In this document: positions 30,909 through 32,962 of the stretch, one piece after another
How the letters are laid out: every line of letters starts with the position of its first letter
Numbering within the stretch: position 1 is the first letter of the stretch
IMG/VR virus record: IMGVR_UViG_3300002301_000008
Span: 1-32,962 of that record
Source: a virus
Length of the DNA stretch: 32,962 nt
Direction: 5' to 3' (one strand)
Position numbers and translations under genes: made by a program
Notes under the pieces: model-generated
Databases searched by the model: none
What the model was told of the DNA's origin: nothing
Seen by the model: the letters and a program-made list of their open reading frames with translations, nothing else

Positions 30909-31194
30909 TTATGCCGATACGATAATAAAGCAAGTATGCGAGTATTATAAGGTATCAAATAAGGACATTAGAGGCAAAAGCAGGAAGTTTATCCACACCA
31001 AGCCTAGATTCGTAGCCATTTGGCTAATTAAGGATGAATTAGGGCTTAAATTGACCGCTATTTCGGAAATGTTTGGTAGAAATCATACAACCATTATTCA
31101 CTCTCTTAGAACGATACAGGATAGCCTATCTCAGAAGTATGATACGGACATTTCGGATGACATAAAAGAAATAAAAAAAATCTTGAGTTATTAA
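30847..31194 (+). CDS. Stand-alone DnaA domain IV (DnaA-box-binding HTH) homologue; the start may be Met 30892
   Basis: The phage sequence is IIKQVCEYYKVSNKDIRGKSRKFIHTKPRFVAIWLIKDELGLKLTAISEMFGRNHTTIIHSLRTIQ. The E. coli DnaA C-terminus is [67 protein letters not shown]. Confidence 0.8.
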   Translation: MNYWTMPSLKEREKAMRKRLDYADTIIKQVCEYYKVSNKDIRGKSRKFIHTKPRFVAIWLIKDELGLKLTAISEMFGRNHTTIIHSLRTIQDSLSQKYDTDISDDIKEIKKILSY

Positions 31195-31239
31195 CAAAAA
31201 AGTCTTATTTTTAATTATTATTTACCTAAAAACCATAGT

Positions 31240-31794
31240 ATGATTACCTTACAAACAAATTCACTTATCAACATTTACAAGGCTTTAGCTGCCTTTCAAC
31301 AGGATTGCCCTGTAATTCACAAGGGGACAACTGGTCATAATTACACCTATGCCGATTTCCCTACAATTCTTGAAGTAATAAACCCAATACTCAAGAAACA
31401 CAATCTAGGATTTACCCAGCTTCTTATTGAGGATGGCTTAAAGACAATTATCTTTCACACTATTAGTGGAGAGGCTATTGAATCCAATGCAACTATTCCG
31501 CAAATTACTTTAAGGGGAATGAACGAGTATCAATCTTTTGGTAGTGGTATTACTTATTATAGAAGATATGCATTAAGTGCTGCTCTTGGGTTGGTAACTG
31601 ATAAAGATACAGATGCCTCTGGAGAGAAAGCTGCCTCAGTATTTATTAAGAAACACAAATCAATACTTGATTTAACATTAGCTATTGATATGTGCGAAAA
31701 TTTAAACGAATTATCTAAACTTCATTCTTTGAATAAAGATTTAATGAATGATGGGATTACCGCATTATTCACATCTAAAAAATCAAGATTATGA
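31240..31794 (+). CDS. erf: ERF-family single-strand annealing protein
   Basis: It contains IYKALAAFQQDCPVIHKG ... YTYADF ... IFHTISGE ... QSFGSGITYYRRYALSAALGLVTDKDTDA, the ERF signature. Confidence 0.8.
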   Translation: MITLQTNSLINIYKALAAFQQDCPVIHKGTTGHNYTYADFPTILEVINPILKKHNLGFTQLLIEDGLKTIIFHTISGEAIESNATIPQITLRGMNEYQSFGSGITYYRRYALSAALGLVTDKDTDASGEKAASVFIKKHKSILDLTLAIDMCENLNELSKLHSLNKDLMNDGITALFTSKKSRL

Positions 31795-32024
31795 TTGACT
31801 ACAAACTACAAAAACTAAGAGAATTAGTTGAGTATTATAATTGGAAGTACGAATGTACTCGCCATATTGGTAAGCATTCAGCTTGGGATGATTTAATACA
31901 AGCTAAGAAAAATCTAAAGGAATACAAAGCTAAAACCTATCCAGTAACAAGATTATTAACCCCTGCTCAACCATTTTTAAGAATGAATGATTGGACAGAA
32001 CAATACGAAAATTATGCTGATTAA
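31791..32024 (+). CDS. Hypothetical small protein
   Basis: The ORF track gives 77 aa, with an ATGA overlap to erf. Confidence 0.5.
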   Translation: MIDYKLQKLRELVEYYNWKYECTRHIGKHSAWDDLIQAKKNLKEYKAKTYPVTRLLTPAQPFLRMNDWTEQYENYAD

Positions 32025-32196
32025 TACTTGTTGTGGATATGAAAGTGAAATATCCTATGACCTTTGTCCTGAATGCCACGAGCATTGCGACTGGGAAGAT
32101 TTAGATGAAGAAGAACCAACAGAGGAGGAAAAAAAATTGGATGAAGAAACTGATAGAGCAATTGAAGAAGAATTAATTAATAAACAAAACAAATAA
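32014..32196 (+). CDS. Cys-rich, acidic small protein (60 aa from ATG 32014; the track start is 31987)
   Basis: It begins MLINTCCGYESEISYDLCPECHEHC, followed by an acidic tail. It ends NKQNK-TAA in the junction motif. Confidence 0.5.
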   Translation: MLINTCCGYESEISYDLCPECHEHCDWEDLDEEEPTEEEKKLDEETDRAIEEELINKQNK

Positions 32197-32199
32197 CCT

Positions 32200-32334
32200 A
32201 TGAAATATAAAAGAGGATTTAATGAATTTGACATTTATTGTGGAGAAGATGATAATGGATATACTGTTAGAAGAAAAATATACTTTTTCTATTCAATACC
32301 TATATGGGTTAAACAATACAAAATTAAAAACTAA
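32200..32334 (+). CDS. Sub-threshold ORF (44 aa, MKYKRGFNEFDIYCGEDDNGYTVRRKIYFFYSIPIWVKQYKIKN)
   Basis: Manual translation. The ATG sits in the full junction motif aaacaaataacctATGaaa. This ORF competes with the 5' extension of track ORF 32222. Confidence 0.4.
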   Translation: MKYKRGFNEFDIYCGEDDNGYTVRRKIYFFYSIPIWVKQYKIKN

Positions 32335-32338
32335 ACAT

Positions 32339-32710
32339 ATGAAAACAGCAATGCAAGAATTAATTAATAAAATTCAATACTCTATTGATAAACAAAGTGG
32401 ATTATCAATAACCAAAGAGCAAGAAAACACATTAGAAGCTATTAAGTTAGTGGCAGAATCTTTACTTGATAAAGAAAAACAGCAACTACAAAAAGCCTTT
32501 TCTGATGGTCAAGAAACACCTATAAATCATCCTACTTTACCTCATTATAGTAGAGATGAGTATTATATTGATAACTACAATCAAAAAGAACTAATAATAG
32601 TAGATTTTGATAAGGTAAAAGAAGAATGGATAAAGGAAGCTAATGGTATGACTGAACTAGAAAAAGTAAAATATTATTTTAAAAAAATAAACGATAACCA
32701 AAACAAATAA
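32339..32710 (+). CDS. MKTAMQ-family hypothetical protein (124 aa from ATG 32339), a paralogue of 2009..2215
   Basis: It is in frame with track ORF 32222..32710. The first 18 nt are identical to 2009..2026. It ends DNQNK-TAA in the junction motif. Confidence 0.55.
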   Translation: MKTAMQELINKIQYSIDKQSGLSITKEQENTLEAIKLVAESLLDKEKQQLQKAFSDGQETPINHPTLPHYSRDEYYIDNYNQKELIIVDFDKVKEEWIKEANGMTELEKVKYYFKKINDNQNK

Positions 32711-32712
32711 CC

Positions 32713-32887
32713 TATGAACAAGACATTAAATGAATTTATTAAAGAATTAGAATTATTAAAAGAAGAATACATAAAAAGAGGATATAGAGATTATAATACT
32801 GCTGACAGGCAATCTTATGGTCAATTTGTAGAATTAAATACAATTTTATTTCAATTAAAAAAAATACAAGAAAACCAAAACAAATAA
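32713..32887 (+). pseudogene. Small early gene broken by a +1 frame change at an A5 run (32757..32761). The conceptual 57-aa product is MNKTLNEFIKELELLK/EEYIKRGYRDYNTADRQSYGQFVELNTILFQLKKIQENQNK.
   Basis: ATG 32713 lies in the junction motif, but that frame stops at 32785..32787. The +1 frame, open from 32759, ends in NQNK-TAA (32885..32887) just before the next ATG. Confidence 0.5.
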
Positions 32888-32889
32888 AA

Positions 32890-32962
32890 ATGATAGTATT
32901 ATCAATTGAAAAAGAAGCCGTTAAATGGAAAAAATCCGAAAAGAATGGCAAAGAGTATGCAA
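32890..32962 (+). CDS. 5' part of the junction-spanning SSB-tip ORF (continues at 55..251)
   Basis: ATG 32890 gives MIVLSIEKEAVKWKKSEKNGKEYA.... The frame is continuous with frame 3 at the window start. Confidence 0.5.
   Translation, partial: MIVLSIEKEAVKWKKSEKNGKEYA
32909..32962. repeat. Terminal direct repeat, copy 2 (identical to 1..54)
   Basis: 54/54 nt match read by eye. Confidence 0.9.

Noticed and set aside
30989-30997. Perfect consensus DnaA box TTATCCACA inside the DnaA-IV-like gene, with 8/9 matches at 32032..32040 and 32239..32247
   Set aside because: A given 9-mer is expected about 0.25 times in 66 kb of two-strand sequence, and near matches are common. The boxes are not clustered in the non-coding hub. 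The observation is too weak to call functional without binding data.
1120-32951. All minus-strand ORFs in the track (for example 1120..1353, 1732..2073, 4827..5159, 11661..11996, 16145..16510, 23754..23972)
   Set aside because: Each lies antisense inside a well-supported + strand gene and has low-complexity or hydrophobic composition. None has a start context like the conserved ones. These are typical shadow ORFs of an AT-rich genome.
32739-32951. Minus-strand 70-aa ORF near the window end
   Set aside because: It overlaps two + strand ORFs that are delimited by the conserved junction motif. Its product is an Ile/Leu/Phe-rich low-complexity string.
1-32962. Genome-wide TGA reassignment (code 4 or 25) as the explanation for the TerL stop
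   Set aside because: Trp is encoded by TGG throughout. No other recognisable gene has an in-frame TGA. TGA closes several ORFs (1843, 2046, 3919, 26922, 28540, 30741, 30908, 31794), mostly in ATGA overlaps. Each of the six track ORFs ending in TGA is followed by a TAA or TAG within 0-7 codons, but that is expected by chance in AT-rich sequence.
1-32962. tRNA genes, CRISPR arrays, integrase/att sites, lysogeny repressor, transposase
   Set aside because: I saw no cloverleaf-capable GC-rich segments in the gaps, no regularly spaced repeats apart from the three iterons, and no tyrosine or serine recombinase or CI-like motifs in any frame. Absence was judged by eye only. tRNAscan and HMM searches would be needed to confirm it.

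Overview
The window is one complete low-GC tailed-phage genome. It has about 32,908 bp of unique sequence, and the first 54 nt recur exactly as the last 54 nt, so the assembly is circular or terminally redundant. Every credible gene is on the + strand. No tRNA, rRNA, CRISPR array, integrase or repressor is visible. In circular order the map runs as follows. (1) A 620-bp non-coding hub (29147..29766) holds iterons, inverted repeats and a Bacteroidota-type promoter (-33 TTTG, -7 TAnnTTTG). (2) A long early region of tiny genes (29767 through the junction to about 5049) includes an RHH protein, a stand-alone DnaA domain-IV homologue, an ERF annealase, a small protein with an SSB-like DDLLF tip, an HTH_39 protein, a DUF1376 replication-type protein, a NinG/Rap nuclease and a ParB-like nuclease-domain protein. 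(3) An HK97-style packaging, head and tail module (5074..24888) runs TerS, TerL, portal, Mu-F-like protein, prohead protease, capsid, connectors, major tail, G/GT chaperone with an A9 slippery site, tape measure, and a 1459-aa fibre with an S74 chaperone domain. (4) An accessory and lysis block (24964..28806) ends in an exonuclease / small protein / HExxH cassette and tandem terminators. (5) An insulated single-gene moron lies at 28961..29146. The main oddities are these. TerL carries an in-frame TGA inside its Walker-A P-loop. Two small early genes are broken at homopolymer runs. A roughly 20-nt stop/start junction motif (AACCAAAACAAATAACCTATGAA) is reused between unrelated early genes. Two mosaic paralogues 22.7 kb apart share a 65-nt identical block. 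A GCGACATT motif occurs only in two regulatory gaps. A head-module protein has Dps-like ligand spacing. All functional calls come from reading motifs by eye; no database search was run.
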